Assembly: GCA_036172245.1 (NCBI GenBank)
Contig: JAYWIR010000024.1
Location: 744,001-808,000 of the forward strand
From: Raillietiella orientalis
Lineage: Eukaryota
Length of the DNA: 64,000 nucleotides
Reading direction: 5' to 3'
Numbering within the stretch: position 1 is the stretch's first letter; each line of letters begins with the position of its first letter. This document shows positions 39,591 to 50,266 of the stretch, one piece after another. The translations under genes were made by a program, and so were the position numbers. The notes under the pieces are model-generated. The model had not been told where the DNA came from. It ran no database searches and was given only the letters and a program-made list of their open reading frames with translations.

Positions 39591-40095
39591 TACGGGTCGT
39601 CCTTGACTTACGACAGGGTCCCGTTCCCATATCTCCTCCGTGAGTCGCTTCTGACGTAAATCGGGGACTTCTACGTTGTGCGGGTTAAATCGGCTTTTGA
39701 GGCGATAAAACCAACCTTTACTAGCAATTAATGTATGCTCGCCGTATTTATCTTCTTCTTTCTTTAAATCGTCAAATAAGTTGCGAGCTCTTGTCTGAAC
39801 CGTAAACAAACTGGGAGGAATATTCTTTTCGATTTGACCATCTATCCATATCGTTAAAAGCTTCTCCATTTCATGGATCGACCCTTCTCTTTTTTGCGTT
39901 GAAATTGTACATTTCATATGAACTGCTCCTTCAGCTGCCTCCATCATTCTTGATTTATCTTTCAAAATTGCTGAAACAGTTGAATGCGATACTTTTTCTT
40001 CTCGTGCCATTTCGCCGACTTCCTTTCCTTTATCGAAGGCTTTAATGACCTTCATTTTAATACCTAAACTTGAAGCTTTCCTTGCCTTATTTTAT
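39591..40095 (-). mobile_element. pogo/Tigger-family DNA transposon, truncated (DNA-binding half of the transposase only)
   Basis: ORF has the psq-type HTH (KMKVIKAFDKGK...STVSAILKDK) and the CENP-B/Tc5 HTH (EMEKLLTIWID...ASKGWFYRLKSRF...HNV). It then runs straight into a Tigger-terminus-like sequence, TA-CGGGTCGTCCTTGACTTACGAC, at 39591-39615. No DDE domain. Confidence 0.85.
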
Positions 40096-42315
40096 TGTGC
40101 TGGAATTTTCACCAGTAGTATCTACTGGACACGGTAGGGTTACGATGACACACAAAAATTGCGATGAGAGTAATGAGGACTTCGATTGCTGATGAATAAA
40201 TAACGTGCCGAAAGGCTGTAATAAGTTAGAAGAATATCTAGAACTCTAGAATCCCCTCCAGCGACTGTAGCAAGATCGAGGCTTCACCGGTACCGGCATC
40301 AGGAGAGGATCGGGGGTTCTCCGGGGCCAACATTACGTGTACGCCGGAGGCAAAATTATTCTAGAGAATTGGCCGTCGAAATGCCAATCGTCGAGGGTTG
40401 CCTGGACTGATCTGCCCTTGGAAAGAATGCTACACGAAGGGATGCCCGAAGAACTCAAGGCAGTCTCCCTGCCTGGTTGACGTGTGTCTTCCACTCGGGA
40501 GACACTTCTTCGGTTAATCCTATGCAAAATCGAATGGATAAAGGGTATCAATTAAAGTGAGATGATGTGAATTCTTTTCGAAACGAAGCGACCTAAGCAA
40601 AGTCGACCGAGCTCTAAGGAACATACGACGACAACATCTGCACTCGGGATCGTCACGGATAGGTCTGGAAAAGAATCCTAGTGCAAATCTGGAGCCAAAC
40701 TTTGTCACCATTGATGAATGTTTAAAGAAAGTTTGACTGCAAATGAAAAGTTTTTCATTCCTTGGATACGGTCCGCCGAAGGGTCAACGGATAAGCTTAC
40801 AGCAGTTTGTTCTGTAAATGAGATTTTTCCAGGTCGGTGAAGGCAAGCGATGATACTGAGAAATTAGAAGCTGAAAGATGTAAGGAAAGCTATGAAATGT
40901 GCTATGCATTGAAAGTCGCACAGGAACAAGGAAGAGCTGAAGAGGTCTGCCTAATCATGGGTGTGAAAGGATACGTTCCTTTTTTTTTCCGTAAAGGAAA
41001 ATAATCATTCTTTTTGAGATAGTCCTTGAGTGTTTCTATCTCCTTGGTAAGGAGTTAATAAGCAATCGTTCATGTTGGCATGCATCTGTATAAATGAAAA
41101 TCTTCGATCTTCAGCATATCAGATCTAATAAAAGTAAAGAAATTATCATTCGAAAAACTTCCTTCCCACTCCCAGGAAGAAACATCACTTTAGAGTGGTA
41201 CATGTTGAATGCTGCAGACATATTCCAAGTAACTTGGAAGATCGAATTAAACCTTAGACACTCAAAGTATTCACAACATAAAAGATGTGTCTTCTCATTT
41301 TCCAGAAGACACATCACTTTTCCAGAAAGGGAAGGGCTCGTTTCTTCTTTAAATCAATGAATTCTGTGAGGATAAAGATTCCTAATGGTACTTGAACTTC
41401 ACAGGCTAATTCCAGTTCCATCTCCGCGTGTGGTGGTAAGAAAGTAAAGGTATTGATTTCCTTCCTGCTACATACAGAAACGTAACTCTTAGGCGGTTTC
41501 CCTCTTTTTTTTTTTTTATGAAAAGTTCATCTGATTAAACGATGCCCTTCGGTCTGGTGTGCGATTGCTCATGTCGTGTTGGACAGTGGACCGTTCATTA
41601 TATTACTGGATAAAGAGAGATGCATTCAAGAAACGGGAAAATGCCTCTGAACCTTAACCAATTTACAATTTGTGGACATATCAAGAGTTAGCAGCCTGAT
41701 GTCCAGGGATATGATCGGGGAGCTTGAGGACGATATGGTAAGGATTATTATGATCGGAGTTTTCCAATTGTTTTTTGGGAAAAATACGTATTTTGTTTGA
41801 AATAGGAATTTGCAAAGCTTCCGGAATGTCAGTTTACCCACTGCCACTTTCTATCCTAGTTTCATACAAGATCTCAGCAGTTTCATGAAAAAGGTTCTCT
41901 TCTTTGTAAGAAACAGCAGCAAAAGATTCTCGATCGAAAAGATTTTAAATCTATTTCAAGATCTTCTAAAATTTTCACTTTGATAGTGATAAAGCTGGGA
42001 TGTTTTTTAGACACTTACAGCCACCTACTATGATGCGAAGATAAGTGCATTTCCGCTTCTTCGACACCGGCAATAGAGGGCTCGTGATCCAAAGCATTTT
42101 CCTGTGCAGTCCTTTGAGGACTTTTCGAAAGCAGAACGAACCTCCTCACGATGCAGTTACCACCAGCATTAAAAAATGCCTGGCCACGGATCAGGATGTC
42201 AGCCTTTGGGCGAGCTCAGTCAAGCTGAAAATCTCGTGCTTAAATGGTACTTCTCTGCTTCAGCAAGCTTGTGCACCTGCTTGGCGAACCTTTTCCTTTT
42301 CTCAATGTTTGAAAC

Positions 42316-42968
42316 GGAATGACGGAAATCCTTCTTTTGTGTCTTCGGCAGTTCTTCGACACGGTTCCACGCCGCCCGAGCGTGGGTAATTTCTTCAAGA
42401 TAAGGGGTACCCCGGGAGAGACCCGCCCTCTGGATCCAGGAAGGGCTCAGATTCCGTCCCTCACACGCCGGGGAAGAAATGGAAAGGGGGGATGGGATCA
42501 GACCTCCACCCTGGTTGTCTCCGAAGGGGGAACCCTGAAGGGAATCTCCTTCGTCATTCTCTCCGGAGGACCCCCGGGGATTCTCTTCATTCTTTCTTCT
42601 CTGAGGGGAACCCGGAAAGGGTCCGCTCCTGGAATTTCTTCTCCGGAGGGATCCCCCGCAAGGGATCCGCTCCTGCTTTTACTCTTCTGAAGAGAACTCA
42701 GAAGGGACGCTTCGGAAATTCAGAAGGACGCAGCTTGCCCGAAGGAATCGGCTCTCGTCTCTGCACTCTCTGGAGAGGTGGTGGCGACACACCTACTCCA
42801 TCAGTCCGACGCGGAGGGGTCCCTCCGGGAGGGGGGTCCGCTCCTTCACAACCGGAGGGGAGCTCCAACTCCGTGATTCCTGGAAGGACCCGGAGGTCGA
42901 CTCCCATTTGTCCCGGCCCTCATCGGGGGCATCCGGTTGCAACCGCTACCAGTGGCGCACCCGGATGA
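42316..42968 (+). repeat. Dispersed GC-rich repeat, copy B (longest copy)
   Basis: Homologous to copies A, C and D. Contains at least five degenerate ~40-bp tandem subunits. Confidence 0.9.
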
Positions 42969-43439
42969 ACGGAGGCCAGCCATCGTCATCTTGTAGGGTG
43001 AACTGGAACCCGCGACGTATGGTGCTACGCGCGGAGACCACCGTAACCACACGGCGTTCGACGCGTGCTGCAGGAATCGTGTATCTATCCCGAAAGGTAA
43101 ATAGTAGTCAAAGGGAGAGAGCATGGAGTTCCATTGTTCCTTTGCACTCGAGTGCAGGCAGAATGGAAGACGCTTAGTGAAGCCATCGAAGCTGCTGGGA
43201 ACGCTGCACGCCTTATTTGCCGCAGTCTGCTTCAGCCATGAAAAAAGACAAAAGACAAAGCGGGGAGACGTTTTGCCACAAGACACAAACCACTTGGAAA
43301 GCACGAACGGCGCATGCTGCCCATATTTTTCATCTCGACGATCCGAAAATATTGCTAACCATGGAAACACGTCGCCTGGAGGAAACTCTGGAATGGCAGC
43401 ATCTCGTGTCGGAAACCCACAAGTGTCTTGCGTGTGAAC

Positions 43440-44250
43440 TACGCAGTCAGTGAGGGAGTCGCTGAAGTTCCCAAACCGCACTCGGAAGGGGACTTGCTGG
43501 AGACGGTGTCAGGAATAGGTGCAATATAGGTGTTGAGGTGTTGGGCCCGGACCAAGCGAATTCGTTTGCAGACAGTGAGCTTGTCCTGGATCTGCAAGAG
43601 CCGAGAGGGGCTGATTTGACGGGCATCTGTGATGTTTTCGCAGCGGAGCATTGAGAAAAGTTCGTTTTCCTCTCTTTGGCATATGATGCAGCAAACTGCT
43701 ATGGAAAATGGACCTCAGTTTCCATTTTCTTTTATTAGAAGAATGGGAAAGAAACGAACGCTCTTGCGGATTCATCCTCATCCAATGTAATCCCATGGGA
43801 ATAAGACCATCGGATCATTGGAAGTGGAGCTAGGATTGCTAAGAACTCAATCTGCCAGGTTGAAAAGCCTGCGAGAGATGGAGTTCCTAATTTAAATGTG
43901 AATTTCTTTAAAAATTGTAATATTGAAGCCACTTTTATCCGGATCAGAGGCCGAGTGTGAGCATCTTCTGCATCATTTCCAGGCTAGGAGGCTTAGTAAA
44001 GATGTGAAAGCGTTTGTGGGAAATGGAGAAGAGATGCAGTTGCTTGCGGAATGGTAAGGCGCTGGGCTCCCCGGTACGGAGGAGAACGATTCGCTTCGTG
44101 GTCTCGCATTTCTCCTAGAAGTCACTTCCCATTTAGCAGAATTGGATGCCAGACTTCAGGGTCCCGTGCACTTATTCAACTCGCCCTATAGCAATATCCT
44201 TGTCATTCAAGGAAAACATAAGCTGGGGGAATACCAGCTTCCTAACAACT
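43440..44250 (+). mobile_element. Decayed hAT (Charlie/Buster-type) transposase fragment
   Basis: In-frame pieces GLAFLLEVTSHLAELDARLQG (~44100-44162; cf. LAFLVDITxHLNELNxKLQG) and HFQARRLSKD...RLWEME (~43974-44030; cf. HxEVRWLSRG...RFWEL). Frameshifted. Boundaries are approximate. Confidence 0.65.
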
Positions 44251-44429
44251 ACTTATTCTGTTTGTTCATCTTACGAGCAATGAATCCGGCATCCAGTGTG
44301 CAGCGCGGAAGGGAATGTCAAATTCACTAAGCGTTCCTTTTTTGGGTAAGATCAGGATTTTTTTTCTGGGGTCTGGTCAGTAGGGGATCTTGGACGTTTC
44401 TCCCACCTAATCAGTATCCTCACTCTTTT

Positions 44430-46635
44430 TCAAGAGCAATAGGTCCAGGCTGGGATTCGACCACAGCTCCTAATGCCAATCTTCCTCTGAGTTACTCCCT
44501 TCGGGACCTCGATAGTAGGCGCCTCTCTTCCTGATTTGCTTATTTTTGCCCTTCTTATCACAATGCTTGTGATGCAGAGAGTGATCGCTGCATGCACCAT
44601 GGAATTGTATCGGAGAACGCTGCCATCCCCTTCAAACAACCTTGTCAGGATTGCCATCGCCGAACTCGCCAGATCTCCACGATCAGCTGAAGATATGCTG
44701 TCCTTCCTCGGGCATCCTTCAGGCGGACTGGGGACCTCCCTGTGTCCCACAGGGCGATTCTCAGGAGGTGATTCGTCCGTATTCTAATGCTTCTTGGTGG
44801 GGAACAAACAAAAAGCAGGGGTGGAAGAGGGGGCCACAAACTCGTTCCGCACAGCGGCCCGTTCCGACAAGAGAAACTTGCCATCCCGGAACGGGTCGAT
44901 CATCGACTCTGACTTCTGGAGGCAGCTGGACCACGTCTCCGCCGGAGAATATTTCCCAACTGTACACCGAGATACTTAAAGTGCCCAACCGTGGAAATTC
45001 CCAAGCGGACCCAGTCCAGATGCCCTGCCCACGTCGAAGTGACTGCTACCACGGACGATTTCGCCCTGTTCGCCTCCAGCCCTGTCCCACGGCTTGATAG
45101 CTCGAAGAAATCTTCGAGCGCCAACGCCGGGGTGGTCATGGGGAGCAGCAGCAGAAGATCGTCTGCGTACGCCGACACAGCAGGTGTGCCTGGGCACGCG
45201 CGCGGCAAACGATCTAGAGCAAACGAGCGTCTTCCTGTACGCCCTCAGCACCAGCACAAAGTAGGTGCTGAAGAGCAAAGGGGCCAGACTATCGCCCTGC
45301 TATATCCCGCGACGTCGGCACACTGTTCGCGTTTCGTCCACTGAAAGAAATAGTGGTCAGCGCGTCGCGCCAGCAAGAGCGCAGAAAGGCCGTCAAAGAG
45401 GCCGGGAATCCCAGGCATTCCAGGAGCTCCAGAAGTTCTTGGTTGAATGCTTTCCGCGAGTCGACTGTGACCGCAAGGACCCTCTCTCCTTCCCGACCAT
45501 CCCGTCCACCACCGGCGGACGTCCCGTAAATCGAGGTGCCGAACGTGTTCCCTTCATTCGCTCTTCTCCGCTGGAGCTCGAGCCAGATGTTCGCGAAGAG
45601 CAGTTTGGCATCCATGCTCCGCCCGGGAACAGCATAACTGCTTCGGGCTAACAAAGCTTTCCACCATCCGCCCTAATCGCATCGACCAAAGTTTCGCCAG
45701 CAACTTGGCGTCCGCGTTCAACACGGTGATCTGTCGCCGGCTGCTGAGGTTCCGGAAGTCCGGCTGCTGAGGTCCCTTCCGGAGGAGACGCATCCGTGAC
45801 GATCGCAAGGAGGCGGGAACGTCGCCTGTCTCCCGAATCAGCAGCGTTAAGCGCTGCACCAGGGGGGTGAGCTTCGCCTCAAAGCGCTGAAAGAACTACG
45901 CGAACAGGGACGTCTTCTAATGGCGCCTTCCTCCTCTTGAACTTCTCGAATGCGGTGATGATTTCACCCATCGTGAGAGGCTCGTCAGGCGTGCTCTCTC
46001 CTCCTTCCTGATCGTTGTGGAGCCTCCCAGAGGCAAGAACCGAGAGATATCTCGCTCCAGAGGTGTCCTAGCATATAGGAAGGAGTAATAACTGCGCACC
46101 AAGTGCTTTATTACCGCAGGGTTCGAGTGCACCTGGGCGTCGTCGTCCAGCAGGCTGGCCGATCTGGATTGTCAGGCTTGCCGCACGGCCCAGACTTTGT
46201 ACTCTGTTAGTCAGTGGATGTGCGGTGTTCGGATGTAGCGACGAGCCTGCAAGTACACTCTTTCATTCCGAACACTCTCGCCGAATCCTCTTGGGAGAAG
46301 GTCCAGGGAGATCTTCAAATCGTCCTAGTCGTCGAGCGTCTGCACGCTGCAATCTTGCAGCAACGCGCGGCGGTGTTCCGCTGCACCTGGAAAGTTGAAC
46401 GAGTCCCTCGGAAGTCGCCACGCCTGCGAGAGGAGAGGGTCTCCTGTCACGCGGAAGAATTTCAAGTTCCACCTGGGAATGGTCGGAGAGCATGGAAGGC
46501 ACCTTCCCTCGCCTCCACACGCGGAAGCGCACGTGCTCGTCGAGGAAGATGTGGTCCACGCTTCCCTTCATCTCGGGTTCCCCGGGTAACAAGTTGGATG
46601 CGTGCATCACAGCACACATCTCGTTAACCGGAGTG
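44430..46635 (-). mobile_element. Decayed non-LTR retrotransposon (APE plus RT, L1/Tx1-like), 5' end interrupted
   Basis: APE end VDHIFL...MLSDHSQVELEI. RT motifs in order: LLRKG...RQITVLNADAKLLAK...SPKQ, VTVDSRKAF, GI.QGDSLAPLLF, SAYADDLLL, TGLEANRAKS, FKYLGVQL. Several frameshifts and stops. Confidence 0.9.
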
Positions 46636-47115
46636 GAGTCTTCCAGTTGCGGGGTGCCCCGAGAGGGAGCCACCCTATGAATCTAGGAAGGGCTCCGGAG
46701 AAAGAGACCCGTTCTTCTCATGCCTGGGAGAGAACCCCAAAGGGAATCTCTTTATTCCCTCCAGAGGGACCATCGGAGGGGACTGCTCCTAGTATCTTAT
46801 CCGGAGGGAACCCGGAAAGGGTTCGCTCCTGGAATTTCTTCTCCGGAGGGACATCCCGGAAAGGATCCGCTCGCTGTTCCTTCCTCTGAAGAGAACCCCG
46901 AAAAGACGCTTCCCGATTTCCCTGAAGGCTCTCCCCGATGGGAGCAGCGCGCTTCTTGCACTCTGGAGAGGCAACCCTTGAAATCAGCCAGCTCATGGAA
47001 CGCGATGGAGGGCGGCTCCATTTGCACAACCGGAGGCAAGAAGGCAATTGGCTCCTTGATTCCCGGAAGGACCCTGGGGAGTCAACTTCCAATCCCGGCC
47101 AATCGAGCAGAGCAT
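46636..47115 (+). repeat. Dispersed GC-rich repeat, copy C
   Basis: Core GGGAACCCGGAAAGGGTTCGCTCCTGGAATTTCTTCTCCGGAGGG at ~46806-46850. It abuts and truncates the LINE endonuclease region. Confidence 0.85.
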
Positions 47116-48353
47116 GCCGCTTTTACCCGTGGCCGTACCCGAAGCCTATAGGACAACCAGCGTCATCCTACGAGGGAGACTCGAAACCCATGACTCACCT
47201 CCCGTTCTCGTCGTCGATCCTCCACGTAGGGATTCAACCCGCAACGCTCGCTGCCACGCGCAGAGGGCCGCAGCCACACGGCCTCCAGCGAGGGCCGCGT
47301 GGCTGCTGCCTGTCTATCCTTCGTTTCCCGGACGGCGCAAGAATTGGACGCTGGAATGGATCTGAAACTTCGATGGAATTGAAAACGAACTGCTTACCAG
47401 GGTTTTATGTAGGTCTTTTTGCCCCCCTCTCCCTCCTGCAACTCTTTGTTCCATTTTCCTGGAGGGAAATTGTTGTTTAGCAGAAGGAGCTAACGTTTCT
47501 CTTTCGCTCATTCTCCTTTGAGTCCATCCCGCCACTGACAGGTAGGGTATGCCAGACCACCTAATAGCTGAACCCGTGAGATGAAGCAGAAACGTAAAAT
47601 AAAATAGAGAAGGAAGTCTCCAATTAGAAGTCTCAATTTGAGGCCTTTGTTGTGTATAATTGTGACCCGTGATGCGTTTCTTGTACGCAGGTTCGCCGTC
47701 TCTCTGAGACTCCCCATGGTTCAAACAAATGCAGGCACGAGACGGTGTCCTTTCTAGTTTCCATCTCTTCATCTTGTGATCCGAAGGGACTCCATTTTTC
47801 TCTGTTGCCCTGCTGTCTTATGGTCATCGCTGACGTAAAACAGAAGGTGTCGCGACAAGTTTCCGCTGCCACTTCTAGCTTGGTCTCCCTCACTTAGATG
47901 TCGCTGTTTGTTTCCCCGAGAGCGAAGAATTTGCTGAGGCTGCTGGCAAGTTTCAATATCTGCTGTTATGTGGGTGGACGGAATCGAAACGCGGAACCTC
48001 AAACTCTCTCCTGAAATTTCGAACTTGTAATCAAAGAATTTCGAATCCATGGCGACGGCAGTGTTTCAGTTTGCTCGATCAATTCCTGATTTCCCCGATG
48101 GAGTGCAACAACACTGACTGTGCCTTTCTCCCTTTGCAGGAAGCGGGGTCACTCGTTTTGGGCATGAACAGCAATGCATGGTTGCAATCGTTTACATCAA
48201 CTATCAAGTCGCCATTCCGGAAGTGTGCGCGAATTGGGAACGAGGCATCTTCTCAAAGGATGCCTGAGAAACAAATCGAGAGAGTGATAGGAAAAGGCGA
48301 TCCTCACACACTTGAAAGCTCAAGAGTTACCCGCGTGTTTCGATTCTCATAAA

Positions 48354-48713
48354 TCACCGAGTAGCGACTGAGTGCATGAACTCACGAGTCAGGAGCAGCG
48401 TGGGGAGGGACGCAGGGGGGTTGCTTTTCTCATGAGCCCGAGGCCTGACGGCAATAAGGAATTCTTGAGCCAGTTGGCTCAAAAAACACCTTAATTTATT
48501 TATGCAAAGCACAAATTCCATCACCACATGATAACTCGCGCTCTCGAGGTCGCGGTACATCGGATGATCGAAATGCCATTTCTCCGAGAACGAAGAGCCG
48601 CAACGAATTCCACGTCTGTTACCGAGCACCTGTGAAAGTCCATCTTCAGGTTCCAAATCTAGTCTAAGATGTATGTTAGGATATATTCTGGATCTTCGTC
48701 CCGTGTAGATCAT
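48354..48713 (-). mobile_element. Possible piggyBac-like transposase C-terminal remnant
   Basis: Weak resemblance only: EKWHF...YRDL...YHVV...LRCFLSQLAQEFLI versus the piggyBac KWY...LD...NAYIL...FRxxLAxxL pattern. Confidence 0.2.
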
Positions 48714-48995
48714 TTGTAATTGCAGTGCTCTCTTTCGCTACAGAAGATACAGGATCGCATAGGATGCGCTACCTGCTGGGCAGTGAGCACGTCCGACGCT
48801 CCCGAGTGGAACGTGAGATCCAAAATGGAGAATCTCAAAGGATTTTCCACTTTCTCCTTATCTCTATGGAAGTAGTCTCTCGATTTGCTGCTCGACCTCG
48901 ACTAAAGAAAAAAAGAAACGCATCTCCTGCTTTTACCAAGATCGATTAGTGACAGCTTGGACCCATCACATTCAGTCCGTTTTAAAGAAGCAACC

Positions 48996-49185
48996 ATCGT
49001 CTATCTATCTCTACCTATCTATATTTCTATTCATATGTTTCCCTCTATATCTATGTTTCTATCTCTATCTGTTTTTCCATCTATGTTTATATATCTATTT
49101 CTATCCATCTATATCTACACTTCTATCTATTTCTATCTGTATCTATCTGTCTGTATCGATATCTATGCTTATCTCTATCCGTGTA
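48996..49185. repeat. Degenerate (TCTA/ATCT)n simple repeat
   Basis: Run of ctatctatct-type units. Confidence 0.85.
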
Positions 49186-49600
49186 TATTTAATGGTGGCT
49201 TCTTTCAAACGGTGTCCCGTCCATTAGAGGATGGCGAACCAGCATTTAATGAGCCCTGCTTTACTCATTTGTTTTGCTCGGAATGCAAGCAGCACTCTCC
49301 CTGAGATGATTCAGGGAGAGTGCTTTCCTGGCAGCTTCTTAACCCGCATCTCCCATTGTTAAATCAATCTACAAGTATCCGAGATTCTTTGCCGCTACAG
49401 CAGGTTAGCAGTAGTGAACTGGGATGACGAATATGGGATCATTCCGCGAGAAAGTAGAATCTCCGCGTCGGGAGACAGACAGAATTGGTGTCCGAATTCA
49501 TTGAGCAGATCCATTTAGATGTATTTGCCACGTATGCACTTGTCTAGATTGCTTTCTTGTGGGTGAGGTCATTACATCACATTAAGGGATTATCCCATTT

Positions 49601-50266
49601 TCACATACAGGAGTTCAGCAGCACTTTCCCTTGCGTTCTTTTCCAGCCGAAGAACAGATAACCGGCACCCATACCCAAGATCACAGCCAGGAAGAGCCAC
49701 ACGTTGAACGTCATGACAACCAGCATGAGCAGGTAGCTGAGCATCATCTGGAGAAGATGGAACACGGCTTGCAGCAAGTGGGGACCTCTAAACATGCTTT
49801 TCCACGGACTGGCATCCTGCAGATTACTCCGTGTAGCTCCACTTACTTGATCTTTTCGCTGCTGGCGGAAGCCATGCTCATGTTGCAAGTGATGGCGCTG
49901 CCTTCGCTCCCCTTCTTGTACAGGAGCTCTCTGTACCAGTCGTTTCCATCCCCGTCCGTCGAACTTTCGTTTTTTTTTTTTTTCTTTTACCTGTAAAACT
50001 TGAGACCTTCGTACAGGATGGATACGATGAATAGGAAGGCCATTGATCCAAGTAGTCCTCCCACGGAGTTGATGATCCAAAACTCGAAGAGGATCACTTC
50101 CGTGTACCCGGTGTGAAAGGCCACCTTGGGACAGATTCCGTGAGTCGAAGGGCGGCCACGCCCAAGCGCTCGTCCTTACCGAGTGGCCGTCCGCGTGAGC
50201 AACTGCGTCTGCAACTGCGTCTTCTTGAAGCACGCCATGGTGACCAAGGTGATCTGTGAGACTCAT
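49601..50266 (-). CDS. SLC31A1: Ctr-family (SLC31) copper transporter, 4 coding exons
   Basis: Exons 50266-50180, 50124-49991, 49930-49847 and 49808-49601 join in phase to give MSLTDHLGHHGVLQEDAVADAVAHADGHS-VAFHTGYTEVILFEFWIINSVGGLLGSMAFLFIVSILYEGLKFYRELL...HLLQAVFHLLQMMLSYLLMLVVMTFNVWLFLAVILGMGAGYLFFGWKR...NSCM. YEGLK, TM2 MxxxM and TM3 GxxxG are all present. Confidence 0.92.
   Translation of the reverse strand: MSLTDHLGHHGVLQEDAVADAVAHADGHSVRTSAWAWPPFDSRNLSQGGLSHRVHGSDPLRVLDHQLRGRTTWINGLPIHRIHPVRRSQVLQVKEKKKKRKFDGRGWKRLVQRAPVQEGERRQRHHLQHEHGFRQQRKDQVSGATRSNLQDASPWKSMFRGPHLLQAVFHLLQMMLSYLLMLVVMTFNVWLFLAVILGMGAGYLFFGWKRTQGKVLLNSCM

Noticed and set aside
42500..42720. CRISPR-like array from the ~40-bp hairpin-forming repeats
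   Set aside because: Units are degenerate and contiguous with no unique spacers, there are no cas genes, and the context is eukaryotic.
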